64,000 nucleotides of DNA from an uncultured Holophagales bacterium (GCA_963842525.1 CAWJGT010000021.1:1-64000), one strand, 5' to 3'. Shown: positions 50,362 to 60,470, numbered from the stretch's first letter. Notes: generated from the sequence alone by a model not told the origin. Numbers and translations: made by a program.

Positions 50362-51172
50362 TGGTGGAGCCGCCGCCGCCCGGGACCGGGCAGCTCGCCT
50401 GGGAGGCGGTGCGGAGCCAGTCCTCGTTGCCGGAGTAGGAGAAGACGAAGCTCCCGCCTTTGATCGTGTCGATCACCCGCGGCGCCATCTCCTGGGACAG
50501 CGCCGGGCAGCCCCAGCTCCGTCCGAGCCGGCCCTGGTTGCGGGCGTGCTCGGCGCTGACATACCAGGCGCCGTGCATCACGATGTAGCGGGCCTCGGCC
50601 CTGTCGTTGATGCCCTCGTCCAGGCCCCGGAGCTTCATCGAGTAGCCGTTGCCCCCTTCGTAGGTGCCGCCCGTCAGGAACAGGCCGAGGCTCGTCTGGT
50701 GGCTGTCGTTGAGGTTCGAGAAGCGGGTGGCGTAGTTGTCGCCGCTCCCGCGCCCGTGCGCCACCAGCTCATGGAAGAGCACCTCACCCTTCTCCAGGTC
50801 GAGCACCCAGAGCCGCGGCTTCGTCGACGGCAGGGAGTAGTCGATGATCGTCAGCAGGTCGTCCTTGCCGGACGTGCCGCGGGCGCGCGCACAGGAGACC
50901 GCGTCGAGAGCCATCGCGAGCACCTTCGGCGACAGCCCCTGGGCCTTGTCCTGGAAATTATTGAAGACCGCTGGCACCGTCTTTGCTACGACTAGAGCTG
51001 GAGCCGCGGACGTCTTCACGGCTACAGGCTTGACGGTCTTGGGTGCCGGAGCGGCGTCCGCCGGGGTGGAGAGGTTCTTGGTCGCACCGGCGGCGATCAG
51101 GGTCAGGGCGATGGCGGGGAGGCAGAGCCCCCGACCCAGGGAGCGCAGTTTTGTCGAGCTCTTTGTATGCAT
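50339..51172 (-). CDS. Murein L,D-transpeptidase catalytic domain family protein
   Basis: IIDYSLPS, VAHGRGSG, TSLG, IVMHGA and GRSWGCPA motifs; signal-like N-terminus. Confidence 0.88.
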   Translation of the reverse strand: MHTKSSTKLRSLGRGLCLPAIALTLIAAGATKNLSTPADAAPAPKTVKPVAVKTSAAPALVVAKTVPAVFNNFQDKAQGLSPKVLAMALDAVSCARARGTSGKDDLLTIIDYSLPSTKPRLWVLDLEKGEVLFHELVAHGRGSGDNYATRFSNLNDSHQTSLGLFLTGGTYEGGNGYSMKLRGLDEGINDRAEARYIVMHGAWYVSAEHARNQGRLGRSWGCPALSQEMAPRVIDTIKGGSFVFSYSGNEDWLRTASQASCPVPGGGGSTTTALAVN

Positions 51173-51287
51173 CACGTGAAGTATGCCCTCCGAAAAGTCT
51201 CTTGTACAGCCTGCCCTGCCGGGCTCGTCCAATTGTGCGGACTCTCTACAACGCTCCCTTCCTACGGGAAATTCCAGTCGCCGCGAT

Positions 51288-51303
51288 CGGCACGCGTCCT
51301 GCA
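51288..51303 (+). promoter_or_regulatory. Candidate sigma54 promoter
   Basis: CGGCACGCGTCCTGCA (GG-N10-GC) about 44 bp upstream of the ATG at 51347. Confidence 0.55.
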
Positions 51304-51346
51304 AATCCTTCAAGGAGTCAGGTGGAAAACCGCCAGGAGGTACAAC

Positions 51347-52069
51347 ATGACCCATAGAAATATTCCCTCGATCAGCCTCTTCGCAGCGCTCGTTGCTGCT
51401 CTTCTCTTCACCGCCTGCGGCTCCTCGGGGATCGGCGACATCCTCGGCAGCCCCCGGGACGACAGCCAAAGCTCGTACCCCGGCAGCGTCGGCGATGTGC
51501 GCGGTACCGTGGAGCGCGTGGACACCCGGGACCGTTTCATCGTCGTGAACGGCGAGGAAGGCTACCGGAGCAACCTGCGCAACGGCAATGACGAAATTAT
51601 CGTCTATTACGACAACAACACAACGGTGCGGCACGATGGCCGGACCTACCGGCCGGAGGATCTGGAGCGCGGCGACCGCATCGAGATCGACGTCGACCAG
51701 AGCGGCAGCCGCCTGCTCGCCCAGGACATCCAGGTCGTCTACGACGCGACGGCCGGCAGCGGGACGGGCTCCTCGCAGGATGACTACCAGACGATCTCCG
51801 AGCTGCGGGGCACCGTCCGCTATGTCGACACCCGGGCCCGCACGCTGGAGATCGAGCCGCGGAGCAGCTCCTTCTCCACGGGGTCGTCGGACATCGTGAC
51901 CGTGCGCTACGACACCTCCACCACCGTCGAGTTCGAGGGGCGCAGCTACCAGCCCGAGAACCTCGAAAGGGGTGACGAGGTGGAGATCGAGGTGCGTGAC
52001 CTCAACGGCCAACTGCTCGCCGAGCAGATCCTGGTGGTCGGCGAGGGCCGGTCGACCGGCCGCCGCTGA
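51347..52069 (+). CDS. Lipoprotein with two OB-fold-like (DUF5666-like) repeats
   Basis: RBS AGGAGG, lipobox FTAC and a duplicated RGTV...YRPEDLERGD motif. Confidence 0.8.
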   Translation: MTHRNIPSISLFAALVAALLFTACGSSGIGDILGSPRDDSQSSYPGSVGDVRGTVERVDTRDRFIVVNGEEGYRSNLRNGNDEIIVYYDNNTTVRHDGRTYRPEDLERGDRIEIDVDQSGSRLLAQDIQVVYDATAGSGTGSSQDDYQTISELRGTVRYVDTRARTLEIEPRSSSFSTGSSDIVTVRYDTSTTVEFEGRSYQPENLERGDEVEIEVRDLNGQLLAEQILVVGEGRSTGRR

Positions 52070-52211
52070 ACCCTCTCCCCAACCCCTCTCCCGCGCGTCC
52101 ACCACCTCCCGCCCCGAGCGGGAGAGGGGCGCGCTCTTCTCCTTTTCCCCCTCTCCCGTTCGGGGGTGGCGGAGACGAGGGACGCACGGGAGAGGGGGTA
52201 GGGGGTGAGGG
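52070..52211. repeat. REP doublet (CCCTCTCCC family)
   Basis: Inverted CCCTCTCCC...GGGAGAGGGG hairpins in an intergenic region. Confidence 0.7.
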
Positions 52212-52249
52212 CGCTGCCGGCAGCGCCAAGCTGCTAAGATCCGCCCGCC

Positions 52250-53041
52250 ATGGGTGTCCTCCAGAAGAACAACGTCAAGCTGTCGGGGCGGGAGACGGGC
52301 CAGGCGATGCTCTTCGCCCATGGCTTCGGCTGCGACCAGAACATGTGGCGGTTCGTCGCGCCCGCCTTCGAGGGCGAATACAGGATCGTCCTCTTCGACC
52401 ATGTCGGCGCCGGCGGCTCGGACCTCTCGGCCTGGAACCGCGTCCGGTACGATTCGCTGCAAGGCTACGTCGACGACGTGCTGGAGATCTGCCGCGAGCT
52501 GGAGCTGACGCAGGCGGTCTTCGTCGGGCACTCGGTCAGCGCCATGATCGGCGTGCTCGCGGCGATCCAGGAGCCTGACCGGTTCGAGAAGCTGATCCTG
52601 ATCGGGCCTTCGCCCCGCTATATCGACGACGGAGACTACGTCGGCGGGTTCAGCCGGGAGGACATCGAAGGGTTGCTCGAGTCGCTCGACAGCAACTACC
52701 TGGGCTGGTCGAGCGCCATGGCCCCGGTGATCATGGGAAACCCCGACCGGCCCGAGCTCGGGTCGGAGCTGACCAACAGTTTCTGCCGCACCAACCCCGA
52801 GATCGCGCGGCACTTCGCTCGTGTCACCTTCCTCTCCGACAACCGGGCCGACCTCTCCAGGGTCCAGGCCCGCTCGCTGATCCTCCAGTGCTCCGAGGAC
52901 GCCATCGCCCCGCAGTCGGTGGGGGAGTACGTGCACCGGCAGATTCCCGGCAGCGAGCTGGTGCTGATGACGGCGACCGGGCATTGCCCGAACCTGAGCG
53001 CTCCCGAGGAGACCATCGCGGCGATCCAGGCATTCCTGTAG
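52250..53041 (+). CDS. rsbQ: Alpha/beta hydrolase, RsbQ/KAI2-like
   Basis: AHGFGCDQNMW, GHSVSAMIG, GPSPRYI and GHCPNLS motifs; upstream of a PAS protein. Confidence 0.85.
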   Translation: MGVLQKNNVKLSGRETGQAMLFAHGFGCDQNMWRFVAPAFEGEYRIVLFDHVGAGGSDLSAWNRVRYDSLQGYVDDVLEICRELELTQAVFVGHSVSAMIGVLAAIQEPDRFEKLILIGPSPRYIDDGDYVGGFSREDIEGLLESLDSNYLGWSSAMAPVIMGNPDRPELGSELTNSFCRTNPEIARHFARVTFLSDNRADLSRVQARSLILQCSEDAIAPQSVGEYVHRQIPGSELVLMTATGHCPNLSAPEETIAAIQAFL

Positions 53042-53052
53042 CTGGTGGCGCC

Positions 53053-54631
53053 TTGTCAGGTCACGACGAAGCTCCCGATGCCCCGCCTGCGACGCTGCTC
53101 GAGGAAAGCGCCGAGGACCTCTACGAAAACGCCCCCTGCGGCTATATCTCGGCTCTGCCGGGTGGGCTCATCGTCCGGGCCAACCAGACGTTCCTGACCT
53201 GGATGGGCTACCGGCGGGAGGATCTCGTCGGCCGCAGGCGGTTCCAGGATCTGCTCACCGCCGGAGGCAGGATCTTCCACGAGACGCACTACGCTCCCCT
53301 GCTGCAGATGCAGGGGAGCGTGCGGGAGATCGCGGTCGAGATGGTCTGTGCGGACGGCCGCCGGCTGCCGGCGCTGATCAACTCGGTGCTCCGGAGAGAC
53401 GAGGCGGGAAAGCCGCTGCTGGTCCGCACCACCGTCTTCAACGCCACCGACCGCAAGGAGTACGAGCGCGAGCTGCTGCGCGAGCGGCAGAAGGCCGAGC
53501 AGACGACCCAGGCCATGGCGGACTTCATCTCGATGCTCAGCCATGAGATCCGTACGCCGCTCAGCGCCATCATGGGGGTCGGGCCTTTCCTCGGGCTGAC
53601 CGAGCTGTCGCCGCAGCAGCAGAAGCTCGTCCGTATCCTCCGGTCGTCTTCGGAGAACCTGCTGAACCTGGTCAACCAGATCCTCGATTTCGGAAAGATC
53701 GAAGCCGGCAAGGTGTCCCTGGAGGAGAGGAGCTTCGATCTCCGCCAGCTCGTCTACGGGATCCTCGACGGCCTCCGGATCAAGACGAAGGAGGGAGTGG
53801 CTCTCGAGGCGCACATCGACGAGCGGGTGCCGAACCAGCTCCTGGGCGATCCGGTCAAGATCGGGCAGGTGCTCACCAACCTCCTGGCCAACGCGATCAA
53901 GTTCACCCCCCAGGGATCGGTGACAGTGACGCTCCAGGTCCGCGAGCTGATCGCGGACGGCGTGTCGATCGAGCTTCCGGGTCGCCGACACCGGGATCGG
54001 GATCGCCGCGGACCGGCTGCCCCACATCTTCGACGACTTCACCCAGGCCAGCTACGACATCGGTATGAAATACGGCGGCACCGGCCTCGGGCTGGCCATC
54101 AGCAAAAAGCTTGTGGAGATGCACGGCAGCCGGATCACCGTGGAGAGCGAGTTGGGGCAGGGGACGACCTTCCGCTTCGACCTGCGCCTGAAGATCCCAC
54201 CCGCTGCCGCTGAGCCCGCCGTGCCCGCCAACGCGGAAGGCGAGCCCCTCAAGGGACTGAGGGTCCTGGTGGCGGACGACAACGAGGTCAACCTGTTCGT
54301 GCTCACCGGATTCCTGCGAAGCTGGGGTGTCGAGCCCGACGTCGTAGCGACCGGGAGACAGGCCGTCGAGCGTATCCAGGAGAAGGATTACGACCTGGTG
54401 CTGATGGACCTGTCGATGCCCGAGCTGGACGGCTACGCCGCCACACGGCAGATCCGCTGCCTGCCCGACCCGAGGTTCCGGCAATTGCCGATTTTCGCAG
54501 TCTCGGCCTCGATCCGGATGGACCCGCAGCACGAGATCGAGGAGGCAGGCTTCACAGATTTCGTCGGCAAGCCGGTCAGCCCCGACATCCTCTTCGCGAA
54601 GATCGTCCGCCACATATCTCGGATGCACTAG
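53053..54631 (+). CDS. PAS-domain hybrid histidine kinase with receiver domain, frameshift near 53973
   Basis: RsbP-like PAS (IFHETHYAPLL), SHEIRTPL, NAIKFT; the shifted frame gives DTGIGI, GGTGLGL and receiver LMDLSMP. Confidence 0.88.
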
Positions 54632-54643
54632 CTCCTGTGCTGA

Positions 54644-54696
54644 TTTGTCCTTCCCAAAAGGACAAATATCGACTAAACTGTCCTTCATGGAAGGAC
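54644..54696. promoter_or_regulatory. Two GTCCTT-N5-AAGGAC palindromes (candidate operator)
   Basis: TTTGTCCTT-CCCAA-AAGGACAAA (54644-54666) and GTCCTT-CATGG-AAGGAC (54680-54696, spanning the ATG). Confidence 0.6.
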
Positions 54697-56015
54697 CAAT
54701 TGGTCCTGGTGAGCTCGTCGACGAGCTGATCGCGGATTTCCAGGAGCGGGATCTGCCGCGAGTGACACCGCGTGACCTCTCCCTGCCGGAGCTGCCTGGC
54801 AAGGCGGATGCGGTGGTGGGGATGCGCCGGTCCGGCAAGACCTACTTCCTTTACCAGCAGATCGAGAAGAGGATCGCGAGCGGGATCGACCGCAGTCGGC
54901 TCCTGTACGTCAACTTTGAGGACGAGCGGCTCCTTCCCTTCGCTGCGGCGGATCTGGCGCGGATCCCCGAGGCGTTCTATCGCCGGTTCCCCAGCAATCG
55001 AGAGCAGCTCTGCTGGTTCTTCTTCGACGAAATCCAGAATGTTCCGGGGTGGGAAACTTTCGTGCGCCGGCTGCTCGACAGCGAAAAGGTCGCGCTGGTC
55101 CTGACCGGCTCCTCCGCCCGGCTCCTCAGCCGCGAGATCGCCACCAGCCTGCGCGGACGGAGCCTCTCAACCGAGATCCTCCCGTTCAGCTTCGCGGAGT
55201 CGTTGCGCCACGAAGGAATGGAGCTGCCCGAGCGCTGGCCGCCCGGAGCGAAGGCACGCTCGCTCTTGGAAAACCGATTCGAACGGTATCTGAAAACCGG
55301 TGGATTTCCCGAGGTCCAGGCCATCGATCAGGATCTGCGGGTCCGCGTGCTCCAGGAGTACGTCGACGTGGTGATCTTCCGGGACGTTGTCGAGCGTCAT
55401 GGGGTGGACAACCTCCCGGCCCTGCGCTACATGGAGCGCGGCCTGCTGGCGAGCCCGGCCGGCAAGTTCAGCGTCAGCAAGCTGTTCAACGACCTCAAGT
55501 CGCAGGGGATGCGGGTAGCCAAGGACACGCTGTACGAGTACCTCGCCCACCTAGAGGACAGTTTCCTCCTCTTCACGATCACGGTCGCCTCGCCCTCGGC
55601 GCGGGTCCGCCAGGTCAATCCTCGCAAGTGCTATCCGATCGATCCCGCCCTGCCCGCGGCTGTCTCCTTTCGGGCCTCCGAGGACGTTGGCCACCTGCTG
55701 GAGACCGTCGTTTACCTGGAGCTGCGGCGGCGTGGGCGGTCCGTGGCCTACGTGACGACCCATTCCGGCTACGAGGTCGATTTCCTGGCGGAAGGTCGCA
55801 CAGGGGTCCGGGAGCTGGTCCAGGTCTGCGCCAGCCTGGAGGACCCGACGACCCGTCAGCGCGAGCTCCGCGCCCTGGAGGAGGGGATGCGAGAGACCTC
55901 CTGTGAGCGGGCCACCCTGGTCACACTGCGGGAAGAAGATTCCGTGGAGATCGCCGGCCGCACGGTCCGGATCGTTCCCGCCTGGCGCTGGCTTTTGGAG
56001 CCCGAGGGGACCTGA
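54687..56015 (+). CDS. AAA+ ATPase with DUF4143 (AAA_14 family)
   Basis: GMRRSGKT, FFDEIQ, LTGSS, GGFPE, KCYPID and YEVDF...QVC motifs. Confidence 0.9.
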   Translation: MEGPIGPGELVDELIADFQERDLPRVTPRDLSLPELPGKADAVVGMRRSGKTYFLYQQIEKRIASGIDRSRLLYVNFEDERLLPFAAADLARIPEAFYRRFPSNREQLCWFFFDEIQNVPGWETFVRRLLDSEKVALVLTGSSARLLSREIATSLRGRSLSTEILPFSFAESLRHEGMELPERWPPGAKARSLLENRFERYLKTGGFPEVQAIDQDLRVRVLQEYVDVVIFRDVVERHGVDNLPALRYMERGLLASPAGKFSVSKLFNDLKSQGMRVAKDTLYEYLAHLEDSFLLFTITVASPSARVRQVNPRKCYPIDPALPAAVSFRASEDVGHLLETVVYLELRRRGRSVAYVTTHSGYEVDFLAEGRTGVRELVQVCASLEDPTTRQRELRALEEGMRETSCERATLVTLREEDSVEIAGRTVRIVPAWRWLLEPEGT

Positions 56016-56029
56016 TTCACGGCTCCCGC

Positions 56030-56360
56030 TACCCGCAGATCCAGAGCCAGGATTTCGTCCTGGTCCCGCAGGTAGAGCCGGCCGCGGGCGAGCGAGGGCG
56101 AGGTCCAGGCTGTGCCCTCCATGACCTGGAATTTGCCCTTCTCGCGATAGCCTTCGGGGGTCGCCTCGGCCAGGGCCAGGGTGCCGCGGTCGGAGAGGAT
56201 GACCAGCCGGCCGTCCGCGGCGGTCAGCGACCCCTTGCCGAAGCCGCGGTAGGCCCATTTCTCCTCCCCCGTGGCCGCGTCGAGGCACTTGAGCGTGGCG
56301 TTGTCGAAGCCGTAGAGGAAGCCTCCCGCGGCCACCGTGGAGCTGAAGTGGTTCTCCGGT
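56030..56360 (-). pseudogene. C-terminal fragment of a PQQ-like beta-propeller gene
   Basis: NHFSSTV...LKCLDAATGEEKW...AWTSPSLARGRLYLRD. The N-terminal part is absent. Confidence 0.7.
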
Positions 56361-56469
56361 AAGCTCCACGGCCCCATGGCTGCTGCTCCTCCCGCCCGGA
56401 TCGGAATTTCTGATGAGCAGGCTCTCTTGTCCTGATCAGCGAATACGCCATCTGCTGGTAGACTTCGCC

Positions 56470-57034
56470 ATGAGACAAGCTCCTGTTACGAATCTGCTTC
56501 AGAGGTGGAGCCAGGGAGACCGGGAGGCTGCGGAGGAAGTCCTGCCGCTCGTCTATGACGAGCTGCGCCGCATCGCCGCCAGGGAAGCTCCGTCGTGGGC
56601 CGCGAGGCCAGACCCTTCAGGCCACGGCCCTCGTCCATGAGGTCTACCTGCGCCTCAGCAGCCGCGAAGGCTTCCGCCTCTCCAGCCGGCCCCATTTCTT
56701 CGCTCTCGCGGCCAAGTTGATCCGGCAGATCCTCGTCGACTATGCCCGCCGCCAGAACCGGCTCAAGCGGGGAGGCCAGGCAGAAAGAGTGACGCTGACC
56801 GAGACGGCCGGCCTTGTGGAGCCGAGGGGGCCCGACCTGCTGGCGGTCGACGAGGCCCTGGAAAAGCTGGAGGAGCTCGACCCCAGAAAAGCAGCGATCG
56901 TCGAGCTTCGCTTCTTCGCCGGCCTGACCCTGGAGGAGACCGCCACGCAGCTCGGCATCTCCCCGGAGACCGTCGGCCGCGAGTGGCGCCGGGCGAGGGC
57001 CTGGCTGTGCAACGAGCTGGAGGGTGGAGCATGA
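56470..57034 (+). CDS. ECF sigma factor, kinase-associated (TIGR02999/ECF43-like), frameshift near 56585
   Basis: VTNLLQRW...LPLVYDELRRIA, then TLQATALVHEVYLRL, RFFAGLT and REWRRARAWL. Confidence 0.85.
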
Positions 57035-59778
57035 ACGATGCCGAGCGTTGGCGCGAGGTGGACCGCGTCTTCGAGGCGGCGCTCGACCGTCCTCCCGGCG
57101 AGCGGACCGCCTTTCTCGAAGCGGCCTGTGCGGGCGATCCCGTGCTTCGTCACGAGGTGGAGAGATTGCTCGCCGCGGATGCGCGGGAGGCCGCCTTCAT
57201 CGATCGGCCGGCCGACGAGGTCCTGGGATTGATGGTGGGCGATCGCGGGGAGCCGCAACGCCTCGGACCCTACCGGCTGCTGCGCGCCATCGGACGTGGC
57301 GGCATGGGCGCTGTCTATCTCGCTGTGCGGGACGACGAGCAGTATGAGCGTCTGGTCGCGGTCAAGATCCTCCGTTCCGGTCTCGAAGACACCGAGCTTC
57401 GCCATCGGTTCCTCGTCGAGCGGCAGATCCTGGCCCGCCTCGAGCACCCCGGCATCGCCCGGTTGTACGACGGCGGAACCACGGAGGACGGCCGGCCGTA
57501 TCTGGTGATGGAGCTGATCGAAGGGCTGCCCGTCGACGAGTATTGCGATCGTCACCGGCTGGCGATCGACCAGCGCCTCGCGTTGTTCCTGCGGATCTGC
57601 GCCGCCGTGCAGTACGCGCACCAGAACCTGCTCGTCCACCGCGACCTCAAGCCGGCGAACATCCTGGTGACTCCGCAGGGAGAGCCGAAGCTCCTCGACT
57701 TCGGCATTGCCAAGCAGCTCGAGCCGGCGGCTGCGGCCGATTCCCGCACGCGGACCGGGCTGCGGGTGATGACCCCCGGCTATGCCAGCCCCGAGCAGGT
57801 GAAGGGTGGAGCCATCACCACGGCCAGCGACGTGTACTCGTTGGGGGTGCTGCTCTACGAGCTGCTCGCCGGCCGGAGCCCCTATCAGGTGGAGGAGGGA
57901 GCGCCGCCCTACGAGCTCGAGCGCGCCGTCAATGAACAGGAACCGGAGAAGCCCAGCATGGCCCTGTTGCGGCCCGGCAATCCGTCGCCCGCGGACATCG
58001 CCGCCGCCCGGGGCAGCCGGCCCGCGGCGCTCCGGCGCCGGCTGGCGGACGACCTCGACACGATCGTGCTCACGGCCCTGCGCAAGGAGCCGCCACGGCG
58101 CTATGAATCGGTCGCCCGGCTTTCCTCGGACCTGGAGCGGCACCTGAAGGACCTTCCAGTCTCCGCCCGTCCTGACACCTTGGGCTACCGGACGAGGAAG
58201 CTCGTCCGCCGGCACCGCATCGCGGTGGCTGCCGCGGCGGTTGTCGTCCTGCTCGTTGCGGTGCTGCTGGCGGGCCTTTTTCTCCAGGGCCGGCAGACCG
58301 CCCGGCAGAGGGACAAGGCCCGCTACGCGCTGTCGTTTCTGGTCGACACCTTCAAGCAAGCCGATCCTTATCGAACGCAGGGAGAAACACTCACCGCCCG
58401 TGAGATCCTCGATCAGGGAGCCGATCGCATCTCGCGGGAGCTTGCGGGTGAGCCGGACGTGCAGGCGGCCGTGATGGACGCCATCGGCGAGGTCAACCTC
58501 GGCCTGGGACGATACGACGCCGCGGAGCCGCTCCTGAAGCGTTCCCTCGCGATCCGCCGCCAGACCTTCGGCCCCGAATCCCTGGAAACGGCGGAGAGCC
58601 TGGAGCACCTTGCCGAGCTCCGGAATGAGCGCGCCGAATGGGCTGGTGCGGAGTCGCATCTGCGGGAGGCCCTGGCCATCCGGCGGCGGCAGGGTGGCGA
58701 GGACCTCGCCGTGGCGAAGACCCTCAATCGGCTCGGCCAGACTCTCCTCGGCAAAGGCGCCTCTGCCGAGGTTGCACCCGAGATCGAGGCGCTCCACCAG
58801 GAGGCCCTCGCCATCGCCCGCCGCGTCGAGGGACCCGACGGCCTCACCGTGGCCGAGACTTTTTTCGCGCTCGCGAATCTGCAAGGCGTGCTAGGGAACT
58901 ATGCGGAGTCGGAGAACCGCTTCCGGATGGGGCTCGCCGTCGGACAGAAAGCCCTGGGAGAGCAGGATCCGCGGTACTGGCGCGACCGGTCGAGGCTCGG
59001 GGACGGCTTGTTCAACGCGGGCAAATTCAAGGAGGCAGAGGCCGTGTACCGCCAATGCCTGAATGTGCAAAAAAAGGTCCTCGGCCGGGAGCATCCGGAC
59101 GTGGCGCGCACGCTCATCGGCCTTGCCGCGGCACTCCACCTCCAGGGCCGGTACACCGAAGCGGAGGCTCTGGAACGCGAGGTGCTGGCCCTGGCTCGCT
59201 CGCAATACGGTCCGGCGCACTGGCTGGTGGCCGAGGCCCTGTGCAATCTGGCAGCGAGCCTCGTGGGGCAAGCCAGGAGGGACGAGGGAATCCCTTTGTT
59301 TGAAGAAGCGCTGGAAATCCGCCGTCGGACTCTGGGTGAGAAGCACTGGAGAGTGGCTCAGGTCCTCCTGCTTCTCGCCGAGACGTACCGTGTTCAAAAG
59401 GAATTTCCCAAAGCGCTCGGGCTCGCACGCCAGGCCCACGATGTCTTCGCAGCCGGGGACGGTCCGGACCATCCATTCACCGCCCACGCGCTGCTGGAGA
59501 TCGGCAGGAACTACCTGGAGCAGGACCGCCCGACGGAGGCCGAGCCCTTCCTGCGACGCTGCCTGGAGATCCGGCAAAAGAAGCTCGAAGCCCGCCATCC
59601 CGACCTGGCCAGGGCGCAGTTCCGGCTTGCGGAGTGTCTGATCCAGCAGAGCCGCTCCGAGGAGGCAAGGCCCCTGCTGCGGGAGGCGCACACGACGTTC
59701 ATCGCCGTCTATGGACCGGCCAGCGAATCGGGCAAAAAGGCAGCAAAGCTGCTGGAGACGATGCCCCCCGCACCCTGA
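57031..59778 (+). CDS. Ser/Thr kinase with TM helix and TPR repeats
   Basis: ATGA overlap with the ECF; GRGGMG, HRDLKPAN, DFG, YASPEQ and C-terminal TPRs. Confidence 0.93.
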   Translation: MNDAERWREVDRVFEAALDRPPGERTAFLEAACAGDPVLRHEVERLLAADAREAAFIDRPADEVLGLMVGDRGEPQRLGPYRLLRAIGRGGMGAVYLAVRDDEQYERLVAVKILRSGLEDTELRHRFLVERQILARLEHPGIARLYDGGTTEDGRPYLVMELIEGLPVDEYCDRHRLAIDQRLALFLRICAAVQYAHQNLLVHRDLKPANILVTPQGEPKLLDFGIAKQLEPAAAADSRTRTGLRVMTPGYASPEQVKGGAITTASDVYSLGVLLYELLAGRSPYQVEEGAPPYELERAVNEQEPEKPSMALLRPGNPSPADIAAARGSRPAALRRRLADDLDTIVLTALRKEPPRRYESVARLSSDLERHLKDLPVSARPDTLGYRTRKLVRRHRIAVAAAAVVVLLVAVLLAGLFLQGRQTARQRDKARYALSFLVDTFKQADPYRTQGETLTAREILDQGADRISRELAGEPDVQAAVMDAIGEVNLGLGRYDAAEPLLKRSLAIRRQTFGPESLETAESLEHLAELRNERAEWAGAESHLREALAIRRRQGGEDLAVAKTLNRLGQTLLGKGASAEVAPEIEALHQEALAIARRVEGPDGLTVAETFFALANLQGVLGNYAESENRFRMGLAVGQKALGEQDPRYWRDRSRLGDGLFNAGKFKEAEAVYRQCLNVQKKVLGREHPDVARTLIGLAAALHLQGRYTEAEALEREVLALARSQYGPAHWLVAEALCNLAASLVGQARRDEGIPLFEEALEIRRRTLGEKHWRVAQVLLLLAETYRVQKEFPKALGLARQAHDVFAAGDGPDHPFTAHALLEIGRNYLEQDRPTEAEPFLRRCLEIRQKKLEARHPDLARAQFRLAECLIQQSRSEEARPLLREAHTTFIAVYGPASESGKKAAKLLETMPPAP

Positions 59779-59903
59779 GCCCCGCTGCCAGACAGATCAC
59801 CTGACGGACTCTTCCCCCATTTGACGTATTCCGGATTGAGGGCCTGCCGGCTGGCAGGCGCTGACACCTGATGGACAGGTGACGCAAAAACCTCGAGAGG
59901 AGA

Positions 59904-60155
59904 ATGGTGTTGAGCCCAAAAATCAAGCTGTTCCTGCTGGCGCTCGTCGTGCTCGCCGTCGTCGTCACCACGCCGTTGTCTGCATTGAAGCAAGATACGG
60001 GTACAGGCGGGGGCTCGGGCGGCGGAGGTTGTTCCACGTCGTGCTCCAGGGAGTGCGCCGACGGTTCATGGTCGGGAATTGGCTGTCTCGCGAACCAGTG
60101 TGCCTACTGTACGTGCAGCGGCTCTCCGGTCCGGGCCAATCCATACTGCTCCTGA
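59904..60155 (+). CDS. Small secreted Cys-rich peptide (83 aa, 8 Cys)
   Basis: RBS GAGAGGAG, signal peptide, Gly linker and a 41-aa 8-Cys C-terminus. Confidence 0.7.
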   Translation: MVLSPKIKLFLLALVVLAVVVTTPLSALKQDTGTGGGSGGGGCSTSCSRECADGSWSGIGCLANQCAYCTCSGSPVRANPYCS

Positions 60156-60239
60156 TCGCATAGAGGACGACACCGCAAGTCCTGCCGCGCCTTCTCCTGG
60201 AGAGAGGCGCGGCAGGATCTTTCGTCGAAGCCGGCTCGG

Positions 60240-60405
60240 TCACGATCAGCGCCTGGGCGATGCCGAAGCGCTGGAGCATGCCGCCGGAAAAGCCGGACAG
60301 CATCTTTTTGCGGACGCTCCACAAGTTGGTCTGATGGAGAAGGGTTTCGACGGTCGTCTTGCGGTCCGCAGCCGAGGCGATGCCCTTCAAGACTGCCTTG
60401 AGCGT
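60240..60405 (-). pseudogene. Fragment of ABC transporter ATP-binding gene
   Basis: LLHQTNLW...FSGGMLQRFGIAQALI signature without Walker A. Confidence 0.65.
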
Positions 60406-60470
60406 CCATGGTCCCGCGGTGGCTCCTGCCGGTCCCACGGGACCACTGCGTGCCACCGCAGTACCGTTTT

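Noticed and set aside
59904-60155. RiPP precursor (lanthipeptide or ranthipeptide)
   Set aside because: No modifying enzymes are nearby, and a Sec-type signal peptide with an even Cys count favours disulfides.
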